This document shows, piece after piece, positions 31,101 to 41,840 of a stretch of DNA of 50,716 bases. Each line of letters begins with the position of its first letter. The first letter of the stretch is position 1. Source of the stretch: Prasinococcaceae sp. CCMP 1430 (taxonomy: Eukaryota; Plantae; Prasinodermophyta). Made by a program: the position numbers and the translations under genes. The stretch is from assembly GCA_013416795.1 (NCBI GenBank), contig RQSC01000028.1, positions 887,885-938,600 of the forward strand, in the 5' to 3' direction. The notes beneath the pieces are model-generated. The model was given only the letters and a program-made list of their open reading frames with translations. It was not told the origin of the DNA and did not search any database.

Positions 31101-34100
31101 GTGGAAGATCTGTTCGCAGATGGCCACGTGCAAGTGCTCGTGTCGACTGCGACGCTTGCGTGGGGTGTCAACCTTCCCGCGCACACGGTGATCATCAAGG
31201 GCACGGACGTGTACAACCCTGAGAAGGGCGCGTGGGACAACCTCGCGGGCATGGACGTCATGCAAATGTTCGGCCGTGCGGGCCGTCCGCAGTACGACAC
31301 ATTCGGCGAGGGCGTCATCATAACCGGCCACTCGAGTCTGCAGTACTACCTGTCGCTCCTCAACCAGCAGCTGCCGGTTGAGAGCCAGCTCGTGGGCAAG
31401 CTCACGGACTCTCTCAATGCCGAGGTGGTGCTCGGCACCATCTCGTCCGCGCAGGAGGCAGTCGACTGGCTCGGGTACACGTACCTGTACGTGCGCATGT
31501 TGCGCAACCCGGTGCTGTACGGCATCGGCCCGGAGGCGCTTGAGGACGACAAATACCTGGAGGCGTGGCGCGCTGCGCTCATCCACCAGGCAGCGACCAT
31601 CCTTGACCAGCGCGGCCTTGTGATGTATGACCGAAAGACGGGTGAGCTGGTGAGCACCAGCCTGGGTCGCGTGGCGAGCCACTACTACATTACGCACGGG
31701 ACCATCGCGGCTTTCTCAGACAACATGTCGGCCTGGATGGGCGACATCGAGGTCTGCCGGCTGTTCAGCCTGGCGGAAGAGTTCAAGTTTTGCGGCGTGC
31801 GTGCGGAGGAGAAGGTCGAGCTCGCACGCCTGCTCGAGCGCGTGCCCATTCCGGTCAAGGAAAGCCTAGATGAACCCTCCGCCAAGATCAACGTGCTGCT
31901 GCAGGCCCACATAAGCGGCATGTCGCTGGAGGGCCTCTCGCTGATGTCGGACATGGTGTACGTCACGCAGTCGGCCGCGCGACTCTTCCGCGCCATGTAC
32001 GAGGTCGCCCTACGGCGCGGCTGGTCGGCGCTGGCCCTGCGACTCCTGCGATTCTGCAAGATGGTGGCGCTGCGCCAGTGGTCGAGCCAGTCGCCGCTGC
32101 GGCAATTCCGCGCGCTGCCCGAGGAGGTGCTCTCCAAGCTCGAGCGAAAGGATTTGGCGTGGGAGCGCTACTACGACCTCACGAGTCAGGAGCTCGGCGA
32201 GCTTGTGCGTGCTGCCAAGCTCGGGAGGGCGCTGCACCGCCTCGTCCACCAGTTCCCGCGCCTTGAGCTCGCCGCCCACGTGCAGCCGATCACGCGCTCG
32301 ACCATGCGCATCGACCTCACCATCACGCCCGACTTCCAGTGGGAGGACAAGGTGCACGGCAGCGCGCAGTCCTTCTGGATCATGTGCGAGGACGCCGATG
32401 GCGAGAAGATTCTGCACAGCGAGTACTTCGTGTTGCGCAAGGCCTTCCGCGAGGACGACCACAACGTGTCCTTCATCGTGCCGGTCACCGATCCCACCCC
32501 GCCGCAGTACTTCGTGCGCGTTGTGTCGGACCTGTGGCTCGGCTCCGAGGCGGTGCTGCCCACCTCCTTCCGCCACCTCATCCTGCCGGAGAAGAACCCG
32601 CCGCCGACGGAGCTGCTCGACCTGCAGCCGCTTCCGGTGGGCGCGCTGCGAAACCCGTCCTTCGAGCGGATCTACGAGTCGCGCGGCCTGCGCCACTTCA
32701 ACCCGATTCAGACGCAGGTGTTCAACGCGCTGTACGGTGGCGACGACAACGTGCTGGTGGCCGCGCCTGCTGGCTCCGAGCTCATCGTGTGCGCCGAGTT
32801 CGCACTCATGCGCATGCTCATCGCTACAGGTGGCGAGGGGCGTTGCGTCTACGTGTCGCCTGTCGAGGCGCAGGTCAAGGCGCGCGCCGCGCGCTGGCAG
32901 GCCACGATTGGAGCCGCCGCGGGCGTGTCGGTGGGCGTGCTGACGGGCGAGAGCACGGCCGACGTGAAGATCCTGGATCGCTGTCGCGTCGTGTGCGCGT
33001 CGCCGGAGCACTGGGACAACCTCAGCCGCCGCTGGCGCCAGCGCAAGCACGTCCAGGCGCTGTCGCTCTTCTTGGCGGACGAGGTGCACCTGCTCGGCGC
33101 CGGCGACACTGGGCCGGCCATGGAGGTGGTCATCAGCCGCATGCGCTACATTGCCGCGCAAACGGGCAACCCCATCCGCGTGGTGTGCCTTGGTGCCAGT
33201 GTTGCCAACGGGCGCGACCTCGGCGATTGGATCGGCGCGCCACCCTCGGGCATTTTTGCATTCCCCAACGGCGCCCGTCCCGTGCCGCTGGCCATTCGCA
33301 TCGACGGCTTCGCGCCGTTGTCAGTTGACATGCGCCAGGACGCCATGGTGCGTCCCACGCTGCACGCGCTCGATGAGGAGTCCTCTGCGAGCTGGCAGGC
33401 CATCGTATTCGCGCCCACCCGCCGATACGCGCGCTCGGCCGCAACAGAGCTCGCCGCGCTGCTCGCGGGCAGCGCGCATCCCACGCGCTTCCTGCACTGC
33501 GACGAGGCCGACCTCGCTCCCTACCTGGAGCAGGTCGAGGATGCCGCGCTCAAGGGTTCGCTCGAGTTCGGCGTGGCGGTCATGCACGAGGGCCTCGCGC
33601 CCGCGGAGCGCGACGTGGTGCGCAGGCTCTTCCTGTCCGGAGCCGTGCAGGTGCTGGTGGCGTCCGCGAAGGAGGCGTGGGGTCTCGACCTCGCAGCGCG
33701 GCTAGTGGTGGTGATGGGCACGCAGACGAGCGACGCGCGTGACCCCGCGTCGGCGGACTTCCCCGTGACGGACGTGCTCGCGATGCTCGGCTGCGCGCGC
33801 ACTTCGGGCGGCGGCGGCGCGTCGGGCTGCGCGGCGCGCGTCATGTGCGCGGCGCCGCGTGTCGAGTACTACAAGAAGTTCCTGCTCGAGCCGCTGCCCG
33901 TCGAGAGCCACCTCGACCTGGTGCTCAATGACCACCTGAACGCCGAGGTCGTGTGCCGCACGGTGGAGAACAAGCAAGACGCTGTGGATTACTTGACTTG
34001 GACTTTCTTTTACCGCCGACTGCCGCGCAATCCCAACTTCTACAACCTGGCGGGCGCAGAGCACAGGCACATCTCGGAGCACCTGTCGGAGCTCATCGAG

Positions 34101-35168
34101 GTGACGCTCGGCGAGTTGGAGGCGTCGAAGTGCATCGCCATTGAGGACGACATGGACCTGAGCCCGCTCAACCTGGGCATGATCTGCGCGCACTACTACG
34201 TGCGCTACACGACCATCGAGCTGTTCGCGTCGAGCCTGGCGGCAAAGACTCGCACGAAGGGCATCCTCGAGGTGCTCGCCGCGGCCACCGAGTTCGACGA
34301 GTTGCCGTTGCGTCCGGGGGAGGACAACGTGGTGCAGCGCCTGCTCACGCACCAACCGCTTGCGCTGCCTGCGGCGGGGCTGGGCGTGTCGGGTGCCAAG
34401 GCGCACGTGCTCATGCAGACGCACATGAGCCGCACGCCGGTCAACCCCGAGCTGGCCGGCGATCGCAGCATGGTGGTTGCCGGCGCGGTCAAGCTGCTCC
34501 AGCCGATGGTGGACGTCATCAGCTCGAGCGGCTGGCTGTCGCCCGCGCTCGCGGCGATGGAGCTGAGCCAGATGATGGTGCAAGCGCTGTGGGCCAAGGA
34601 CAGCCCGCTCATGCAGCTGCCGCACATCACCCGCGAGGTGGCGAAGCGTTGCACGGATGCAGGCGTAGAGGGCGTGTTCGACCTGCTCGACATGGAGGAC
34701 GACGAGCGCAATCGCCTGCTCGACATGAGCGATGCGCAGATGGTGGACCTCGCCAACGCAGCCAACGCCTATCCGAGCGTCGAGGTGGAGTACGCCGCGC
34801 CGGAGGCGCCCGTCGCCGCCGGCGAAGCCGTCACGGTCGCCGTGCGCCTCACGCGCGAGTGCGAGGAAGACTGGGCGCCAGCGCCCGTGCACGCCCCGCA
34901 CTTCCCGCAGCCAAAGATGGAGAATTGGTGGGTGCTTGTCGGCGACGCGGCGAACAACTCGCTGCTCGCCATCAAGCGCGTCACCCTCAAGACCGCGGCA
35001 AAGGCCAAGCTCACCTTCGCCGCGCCCGAGGCCGCCGGCGCGAGCGACCTCACGCTGTTCCTCATGAGCGCAGATTTTATGGGGTGTGATCAGGAGTATG
35101 AATTCAAGCTCGAGGTGGTCGCGGCCATGGTCGAGGCCGGAGATGAGCCCCCGGCCGCCGAGGAGTGA
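28120..35168 (+). CDS. BRR2: U5 snRNP 200-kDa helicase Brr2; exons 28120-28230, 28467-28601, 28821-35168
   Basis: GGAEAHARFRQYEYKA|TASLVL N-terminus; APTGAGKT, IIDEIHLLHD, QMFGRAGRPQYD; two Sec63 units; second helicase cassette. Confidence 0.98.
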
Positions 35169-35366
35169 CCGCGCTGCGGGCGCTTGCGGACGCTCCTCTC
35201 GCCGTTGTGAAGTATAGACTAATAATTTGATTTGGCGAGGGATCGTACACACATTGCATCAACATGATCGAGCGAAGTGCGCCGTGGCTCGAACCAGCGA
35301 TTCAGAGAGTACCGAATACATGCACGCTTGCTTACATACACAAAGAGACTAGTACTGTACACACAG

Positions 35367-35370
<4 letters not shown>

Positions 35371-35404
<34 letters not shown>
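35371..35404. repeat. (AC)17 microsatellite between convergent genes
   Basis: Seen directly. Confidence 0.95.
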
Positions 35405-35407
<3 letters not shown>

Positions 35408-35424
35408 CGCTCGCGAGAGTGCTG

Positions 35425-36288
35425 CTACTGCTTAGTGCTGCGCGCCGCCGCCACAGCCGCGCGGAAGTCGTCTCCGCACGAGACGACCTCGCGCTCGAGG
35501 TAGGCGACGAGCGCGTCGCCCTCGGGTCCCTCGTCGACGGCCACGGTGAACGCCGGTGTGCGCCACCGCCTTGCGGGGAATGGCGCGTCAGCGTTGCCCG
35601 TCGGCGTGATGGTGAAGGCGCGCGGCACGAGCCTGCCCGTGTCCGCCTTGACGTGGCTGACCACCACCGAGCTTGCGGTGAGGAGGTGCGAGCGCCAACT
35701 CGACATGCCCCCAACCAACGCGCGCACGCCCTCGAACCACGCAGTGGGCGGCTCGCGCATCTGCGGGTCCACCCTCAAGCCAGAGGTGTCGACCGCGGCG
35801 GGGTGCGCGGCCTCATCGTCCTCCGACTCGTATCCTGTGCCAGACTCGTCGGTCACGAGAGTGTGTTTTGCCACTGGCCAGGGGGTCTTTTGCCGGTCCT
35901 CCAAACGCCGCTTCTTGGTGGTGGGCTTGTGCTCCCCCGCCCCTTTGCCTTCGTACAGGAGCAGGAGGAGGTCGTCGACGCTGGCCTTGGAGCCGCCGCT
36001 TGGGCGCACAACGGCGAGCACGCGGCGCTTGCCGTCGCGGACGTCTGCCGCCGAGCTCGGCTCGGCGCCGCGCGCACGCGCCACGAGCCCGCGCAGCGCC
36101 TCGGCCGCCGCGCGGCCCGCTGCGACCGACATGACGGGGTCCTTCGGCGTGCGGGTGAACAGGACGGGCGCGGCGCAGACGATCTCCACCCCGGCTTCCT
36201 CGAGCGCCTTCTCCGCGGCGCACTTGGTCGTTCGGCGCATCACCTGGCAGCGCCCGCCGTTCACGAAGGGGAAGGCGGCGACCGCCAT
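35425..36288 (-). CDS. Uncharacterised protein, 287 aa, with a putative NLS (KKRRL) and an acidic patch
   Basis: ATG in gccATGg context, GC3-biased codons, and TGTAA on the minus strand about 90 nt downstream. Confidence 0.72.
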   Translation of the reverse strand: MAVAAFPFVNGGRCQVMRRTTKCAAEKALEEAGVEIVCAAPVLFTRTPKDPVMSVAAGRAAAEALRGLVARARGAEPSSAADVRDGKRRVLAVVRPSGGSKASVDDLLLLLYEGKGAGEHKPTTKKRRLEDRQKTPWPVAKHTLVTDESGTGYESEDDEAAHPAAVDTSGLRVDPQMREPPTAWFEGVRALVGGMSSWRSHLLTASSVVVSHVKADTGRLVPRAFTITPTGNADAPFPARRWRTPAFTVAVDEGPEGDALVAYLEREVVSCGDDFRAAVAAARSTKQ

Positions 36289-36739
36289 GATGGTGGTATC
36301 GGTATCGGACGCGGCGGGCGCTGTCTATTTTTTTGTCGGCCAGCCAGATGCGGCGAGCGGCGACTCGCGCGTGCGGTGTGGCAGCGCGCGCGCGGCCGCT
36401 CCCCCCCGCCCCCGACCCAGCCCACGTTCCCGCCTCGAAAAGGGCGCTCGTCGGCGCCCCTCGTCCCTCGCCTGCCCGCGCCTCACGCCGCGGCGCTGCC
36501 GCCCACCTCGCGCGTGCGGCGCCGCCGCGCGGCGCGCGCAGACGAAAGCGGAAGCGCCGTGTCCACCCACAACGTGTATGTACATCGCGTCGATGATCTC
36601 CCGTGGGTAAATTAAATGTGACACAAAAGGATGCACGTGCGGGGCGCAAGCAGGTGTGCATGCGCGTGTGCACACACACATGCGCGCGCAGTGCCGCAGA
36701 CACACACGCTCACACCTCAGCACGAGCAGGATTCCGAGG

Positions 36740-36767
36740 CACACACACACACACACGCACACACACA

Positions 36768-36811
<44 letters not shown>

Positions 36812-36952
36812 CACGTGCACAAGCACATGCACATGCACATGCGCACACACATGCACATGCACATGAACACACACATGCACAATCACACACACACACACAT
36901 GCACACATGCACATGCACACACACACACACATGCACATGCACACACACACAT

Positions 36953-37011
<59 letters not shown>

Positions 37012-37012
37012 C

Positions 37013-37044
<32 letters not shown>

Positions 37045-37088
37045 GCCAGCGAACACACGCAAACTTCCAACGTGGCACACACACACAC
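36740..37088. repeat. About 350-bp compound alternating purine-pyrimidine tract (CA, CACATG and CACGCA units)
   Basis: Seen directly; it produces spurious His/Thr and Cys/Val ORFs. Confidence 0.97.
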
Positions 37089-37310
37089 GCCCGCACCGCG
37101 CGCCCGCGCGCGCGCTGCTACCCGGCTGACGCACACGCGCAAAAGGCGTCGCGCGCCGTCAGAGAGGGTTTACACGTACGTCACACTGAATGTAAAAGGT
37201 GCAAGTTTGTGCGGATGATGCCGGCGTGTAAAACCCTTAAAACCCTTAAAACTGGAACCTTAACCTCGGTCGCGCGGCGTGCACGCCCTGTCGCGCGCGC
37301 GGCTCCGCAG

Positions 37311-38762
37311 GGCGACTCGGCGGTGGTGGACGAGAGCGCCGTGGACCAGTGCCTGAAGGAGGTGAGCACCGCGCTGCTGCAGTCGGACGTCAACGTCAAG
37401 CTCGTCATGTCGCTGCGCGAGAACGTGAAGAAAGCGGCGCTCGCCGGCGGCGACGCGTCCAACCGCCGCAGGCTCCTGCAGCAGGCGGTGTTCAAGGAGC
37501 TGGCGGCGATGCTCAACCCGGGCGTGGAACCTTACCGCCTGGACCGACGCAAGAAGGACGGCAACGTGGTCATGTTCGTCGGTCTGCAGGGCGCGGGCAA
37601 GACGACGACGTGCACCAAGTACGCGCGCTACTACGCCAAGAAGGGCTTCAAGGTGGGGCTCGTGTGCGCGGACACGTTCCGCGCGGGCGCGTTCGACCAG
37701 CTCAAGCAGAACGCCACCAAGGCGGGCATTCCGTTTTATGGCTCCTACACTGAGACCGACCCCAGCACGATCGCGCGCGACGGCGTCGCCAAGTTCCGCG
37801 AGCTCGGTATGTCGCTCATCATCGTCGACACGTCGGGCCGCCACAAGCAGGAGGCCGCGCTCTTCGAGGAGATGGAGGGAGTGCAGCGCGCGGTGGAGCC
37901 GGACGAAGTGGTCTTCGTCATGGACTCGCACATCGGCCAGAGCGCCGCCGACCAGGCGAGCGCCTTCAAGGCCAGCGTGAACGTGGGCAGCGTGATCGTC
38001 ACCAAGATGGACGGCCACGCCAAGGGCGGCGGTGCCATCTCGGCGGTGGCCGCCACGCAGTCGCCCATCACCTTCGTGGGCGTGGGCGAGCACGTGGACG
38101 AGTTCGAGAGGTTCGAGGCCAAGGGCTTCGTCTCCAAGCTGCTGGGTATGGGCGACATGATGGGCCTCATGGACAAGGTCACCGACATCGTCGGGGCGGA
38201 CGAGGAGAAGCAGATGGCCATGGTGGACACGCTCACCTCAGGGGTGCTCACCTTCCGCATCATGAAGGAGCAGTTCTCCAACATCTCGGGCATGGGGCCA
38301 CTCTCGAGCGTGATGAGCATGATTCCGGGCATGAAGGACATCATCCCGCAGGGCGCGGACGGCCAAATGGAGGCGCGCTTCAAGCGCTTCAACGTCATCA
38401 TGGACTCGCTCTCCGAAAAGGAGATGGACGATACCAAGCCGAGCTTCGACGAGGGGCGGATACGCCGCATCGCGCGCGGCGCGGGCGTGACGGTCTCCGA
38501 CGTGCACGTTCTCATCGAGGAGTTCAAGCGGATGTCAAAGATGTTCGCCAAGATGAAGGGGTTCAAGCTGCCCAAGCACGGCGGCCCCATGTCGCAGCTC
38601 ACGCAGAACATGAACGCAAACACAATGAGCCAGATGCTGCCGCCGCAGCTGCTCAAGCAGATGGGTGGCGCGCAGGGGATGCAGCAGATGATGAAGGCCA
38701 TTTCGGGAGGCAAGCTTGGGGACCTCGGGGGGCTCGGCAATCTGGCGAGCATGCTCGGCTAG
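37311..38762 (+). CDS. SRP54: SRP54 exon 2 (rest of the N domain plus G and M domains)
   Basis: CAG acceptor at 37308-37310; GLQGAGKTTT, DTFRAGAFDQL, DTSGRH, TKMDGHAKGGGA; Met-rich M domain. Confidence 0.97.
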   Translation, partial: GDSAVVDESAVDQCLKEVSTALLQSDVNVKLVMSLRENVKKAALAGGDASNRRRLLQQAVFKELAAMLNPGVEPYRLDRRKKDGNVVMFVGLQGAGKTTTCTKYARYYAKKGFKVGLVCADTFRAGAFDQLKQNATKAGIPFYGSYTETDPSTIARDGVAKFRELGMSLIIVDTSGRHKQEAALFEEMEGVQRAVEPDEVVFVMDSHIGQSAADQASAFKASVNVGSVIVTKMDGHAKGGGAISAVAATQSPITFVGVGEHVDEFERFEAKGFVSKLLGMGDMMGLMDKVTDIVGADEEKQMAMVDTLTSGVLTFRIMKEQFSNISGMGPLSSVMSMIPGMKDIIPQGADGQMEARFKRFNVIMDSLSEKEMDDTKPSFDEGRIRRIARGAGVTVSDVHVLIEEFKRMSKMFAKMKGFKLPKHGGPMSQLTQNMNANTMSQMLPPQLLKQMGGAQGMQQMMKAISGGKLGDLGGLGNLASMLG

Positions 38763-38859
38763 GACCGGGTGTGGGCGACCGGCGCGGGGGCTTGCGCGCG
38801 CGCGGCGCGCGGCGCGCGCTGTTGTACTATAAGTTCTGACGTGTGACATGGCAACGCAT

Positions 38860-41307
38860 TTACCCCGGGGGCGCCTGCTGTACCCGCCTGATGTGGTCGG
38901 CGTGGGCCGATGGCAAGGGCCTTGCTGCGTAGAGGGACACCACACACGGCGTGTCGCCGCTGGTGCGCAACGCTTGCGCACGCGCGTTGTTTTCTCCACC
39001 AGTATCGACGGTGGAGTTCCGCTCAAGAGCACCCTGTGGCATGTTGGCTTTGTCTGCACAGTGCAGCATGTTTGCGCCGCTGCCCTCTTCGAGCGTGGCA
39101 GTCCCGCCCTCGCCGTCGTCGAGAACCAACGCGCGCTGCAGATAGCGGGCGGCCAGGGCGCCGAAGTAGCTCGAGCTCCACCAGCCGTCGTCATGTGGCA
39201 ACCGCTGCAGCATGCGACCGTACTCTGAGTTGTCGGTAGAGCGCCACAAATGCACTGTGTACGCGTGTGGCAGGTTGTCCAGAGTGCCGAGAGTCGCGTT
39301 TGGTGGGCGCCGTTCCTTGAAGAGCAGCCTCTCGACGTGGTTCCACAAGGGATAAAACATTCGAAAAGAGGGCAGCACCCTGATGGCCCCAGTGGTGATC
39401 AGATCGGGGTATCTTTCGGTGAGATTCGCCGGCAGCAGGACAGAGTGTTCATCCCACGCGAAGTCTCGACCGCTTGAGCGCATGTAGTCGTAGCTGCGCA
39501 GCCACAGGCGTAGGAAGCGCGCATCGGGTTTAGCGAGCATGGCCGCGTTGCAGAGCCCGTAGAACTCGCGATCGCGCCGTGAGATGTGGTACTTCTTGCT
39601 GTCCTGCCAGCCCATGACGAACTCGCTCGTGCGGACCGACAGTGGGAAAGGGCGCACGGAGAGGACGTCCATGTCGAGATACACGCCCCCGTAGCGTTGC
39701 AGCGCGAGCAGTCGCACGTAGTCTGCGCGGTGTGCGTGATGTGTGAGGCAGCGCCGCGCGTCGCCGCACTCGATGGGCATGCGCGGCAGGCGAACCACTC
39801 GTACGAACTCGAGTGCGCGCTGCCACCAATATGAGTCCAGGGGTACGCGCGCGCAGTGGAAGAAAATTGTCGTGCCAGGCCCGTTCACTTCAAGCGCGGA
39901 GCGCATCGCCACATATTCGATGAGCCCAAAAGTCGACGGGCCTCCGAAGGCGAGCCCGTACACGAAGTGCACGTTGGTGGGCACCTCGATGCCTGCTGCG
40001 ACCGCCGGGGCCTCCAGAGCAGCCTGCACATCGGGGGCCAGCACGTCGGAGATGGGAACGTCCCAGCCGATGCGCAACGGCGGCGCATCACTGCTGCCAC
40101 GCACTGTGGCTGGAGGATTTATTGAGCCATCAGACGCAGCTACTAGTGACGCAGTGCTGCTGCTGCGATGATTGCTGCCGTTCCCAAGGCCTACTACGGA
40201 CGGGCCGATGCCGCCACTGACATAGCTTTGCGCGGAGACGAAGTGCACGGGATCGGAAGTACTGATGCGGTCGGGCGTGGTGTAGGCCTCCTCGCTTGCG
40301 TGGTACGAGCCATCGCCCCACATGCGCCGCAGCGGCAGCGCGTGCTCGTGACGACACAACGCCGCGCCATGCAAAGTCAGGTTGCCCACCGCGCCCGCAC
40401 ATGTCATGCATGCGGGGTGCAGTTCACGGGAGCTGCGAACGGCAGCCATGCAGCCCGGGCGGCTATCTGCGATGGCCGTCATCGCCAGATGTACCTCTTC
40501 ACTGCCATGGCGCGAAAGCACGTCGCGCAGCGCGTACATCTTCGCGAGGCGTGAAAAGCGCGACGCGCGCAAGGGCCACGCCCACACCCACGGCGAATAC
40601 CATGGCAGCTCACTCGCTTCCTCCTCGCAAAGTGCGATGCCGGCGCGAATGAGCTCCGCCGGCTCGGCGGTGCAGGTGCCACTCGCGAGCTTCCAAGCCG
40701 CCAGCCACAGCCACTCGTCCCCGCACGACGCCATGCCGCGCACACGCGGCAGGCTAGTGACGCGTTGCATCTCGTAGGCCTTCCAGGCGTCGCGCACGTG
40801 GTAGCCCCAGCAGAGTTCGTCATTGAGCTCCCAGTAGGCGCTGAGCGCTGTGGCGTCCGACACGCCGCCGCCCGCCCACGTGCATCGCTCGACCGTCGTT
40901 CGCACGCGCGCCCACGTTTGCGCGTACTCGCTTGTAGCGCATACGTCGCCCGAGCACCTCACAGCACTAGTACCAGCCGCGTGGTGGATAGCACGAAAGG
41001 CGCCGACGCTGTAGTACCGCGACCCGCTCACTGCGACGAGCTGAGCGCCGAGTGAAACCAGCGCGGCCACAGCGAGCAGCAGCAACAGTGCGGCAGATGT
41101 GGCGAGCGCCGACAGGCGCAGCGCGCCGCGACAGGCAGCAGTGGCCCCCCATGCCTGTCGATTTGCGGCTATACCAAAAGGCTCACCGTTGTGCGCGCGA
41201 TCGGCAGCTCGGTGGCCGCGCCGCCGCGGAGGGGCGGCACCCACTGCGACGCCATCGCTCCCCAGGAGGCGTGACAGCCGGCCCGTGCTCCAAGCCCTCG
41301 GCAGCAT
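38860..41307 (-). CDS. Type II membrane glycosyltransferase, GT32-like (DXD), with a long uncharacterised luminal region; 815 aa
   Basis: N-terminal TM segment; VPTNVHFVYG, HRADYVRLLALQRYGGVYLDMDV, LCNAAM, WDEHSV, HLW. Confidence 0.88.
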   Translation of the reverse strand: MLPRAWSTGRLSRLLGSDGVAVGAAPPRRRGHRAADRAHNGEPFGIAANRQAWGATAACRGALRLSALATSAALLLLLAVAALVSLGAQLVAVSGSRYYSVGAFRAIHHAAGTSAVRCSGDVCATSEYAQTWARVRTTVERCTWAGGGVSDATALSAYWELNDELCWGYHVRDAWKAYEMQRVTSLPRVRGMASCGDEWLWLAAWKLASGTCTAEPAELIRAGIALCEEEASELPWYSPWVWAWPLRASRFSRLAKMYALRDVLSRHGSEEVHLAMTAIADSRPGCMAAVRSSRELHPACMTCAGAVGNLTLHGAALCRHEHALPLRRMWGDGSYHASEEAYTTPDRISTSDPVHFVSAQSYVSGGIGPSVVGLGNGSNHRSSSTASLVAASDGSINPPATVRGSSDAPPLRIGWDVPISDVLAPDVQAALEAPAVAAGIEVPTNVHFVYGLAFGGPSTFGLIEYVAMRSALEVNGPGTTIFFHCARVPLDSYWWQRALEFVRVVRLPRMPIECGDARRCLTHHAHRADYVRLLALQRYGGVYLDMDVLSVRPFPLSVRTSEFVMGWQDSKKYHISRRDREFYGLCNAAMLAKPDARFLRLWLRSYDYMRSSGRDFAWDEHSVLLPANLTERYPDLITTGAIRVLPSFRMFYPLWNHVERLLFKERRPPNATLGTLDNLPHAYTVHLWRSTDNSEYGRMLQRLPHDDGWWSSSYFGALAARYLQRALVLDDGEGGTATLEEGSGANMLHCADKANMPQGALERNSTVDTGGENNARAQALRTSGDTPCVVSLYAARPLPSAHADHIRRVQQAPPG

Positions 41308-41840
41308 CGCGCAGGAGGCGGATCAGGGGCGCCCAAATCGAGAGAATCGCCGCTGCGCGGGGCCCCCGCGAACACCTGATGCAGGACCAAACCGAAGGCG
41401 CCCCCGCGGCCCCGCCAATTCTCTCACTTTGCCCCCTTCCGCCCCGCCTCGCCCTCGCCAGCGCGCTGCGCAGCACGCGGGCGTGCCCGCCCACGCCGTC
41501 ACGCAGCCCCGCGCCCCAGCACACTCATCCACACTCACACTGTGCACATCACCACCCACCCCTCGCCCCGCGCCCCACTCCGCTGCGCGGCCGCGACCGC
41601 TGTGGCGCCCCGCCGCGCTGCTGCGCCTCGCAGCGCGCGCCCCCGCAAAAAAAAAAGCCGATGTGATGTCATCACGACACGCCAAGTATTTATTCGATCC
41701 GCGCGTGCGCTGGAAGATTCCAATCCAAATCGGCGGCGGAGAAATACAGCAGATGTGGGATTCACTACATGCTGTACACACACACTCTGCGGCCGGTGCG
41801 GCGCGCGCGCGCTCACGTGACGTCCGCCACCTCGCCCCTC

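Noticed and set aside
32700-33200. Degenerate Walker A (APAGSE) in the second Brr2 helicase cassette
   Set aside because: The C-terminal cassette of Brr2 is known to be catalytically inactive, so this is not a pseudogene sign.
36631-37218. His/Thr-rich and Cys/Val-rich ORFs, including the poly-HT extension of the SRP54 ORF from 36951
   Set aside because: These are translations of the CA microsatellite; the SRP54 homology starts at the 37311 acceptor.
37257-37266. CCTTAAC before the SRP54 acceptor resembles a U12 branch site
   Set aside because: The donor is GTGCGC, not GTATCC or ATATCC, and the distance to the AG (about 45 nt) is long for a U12 intron.
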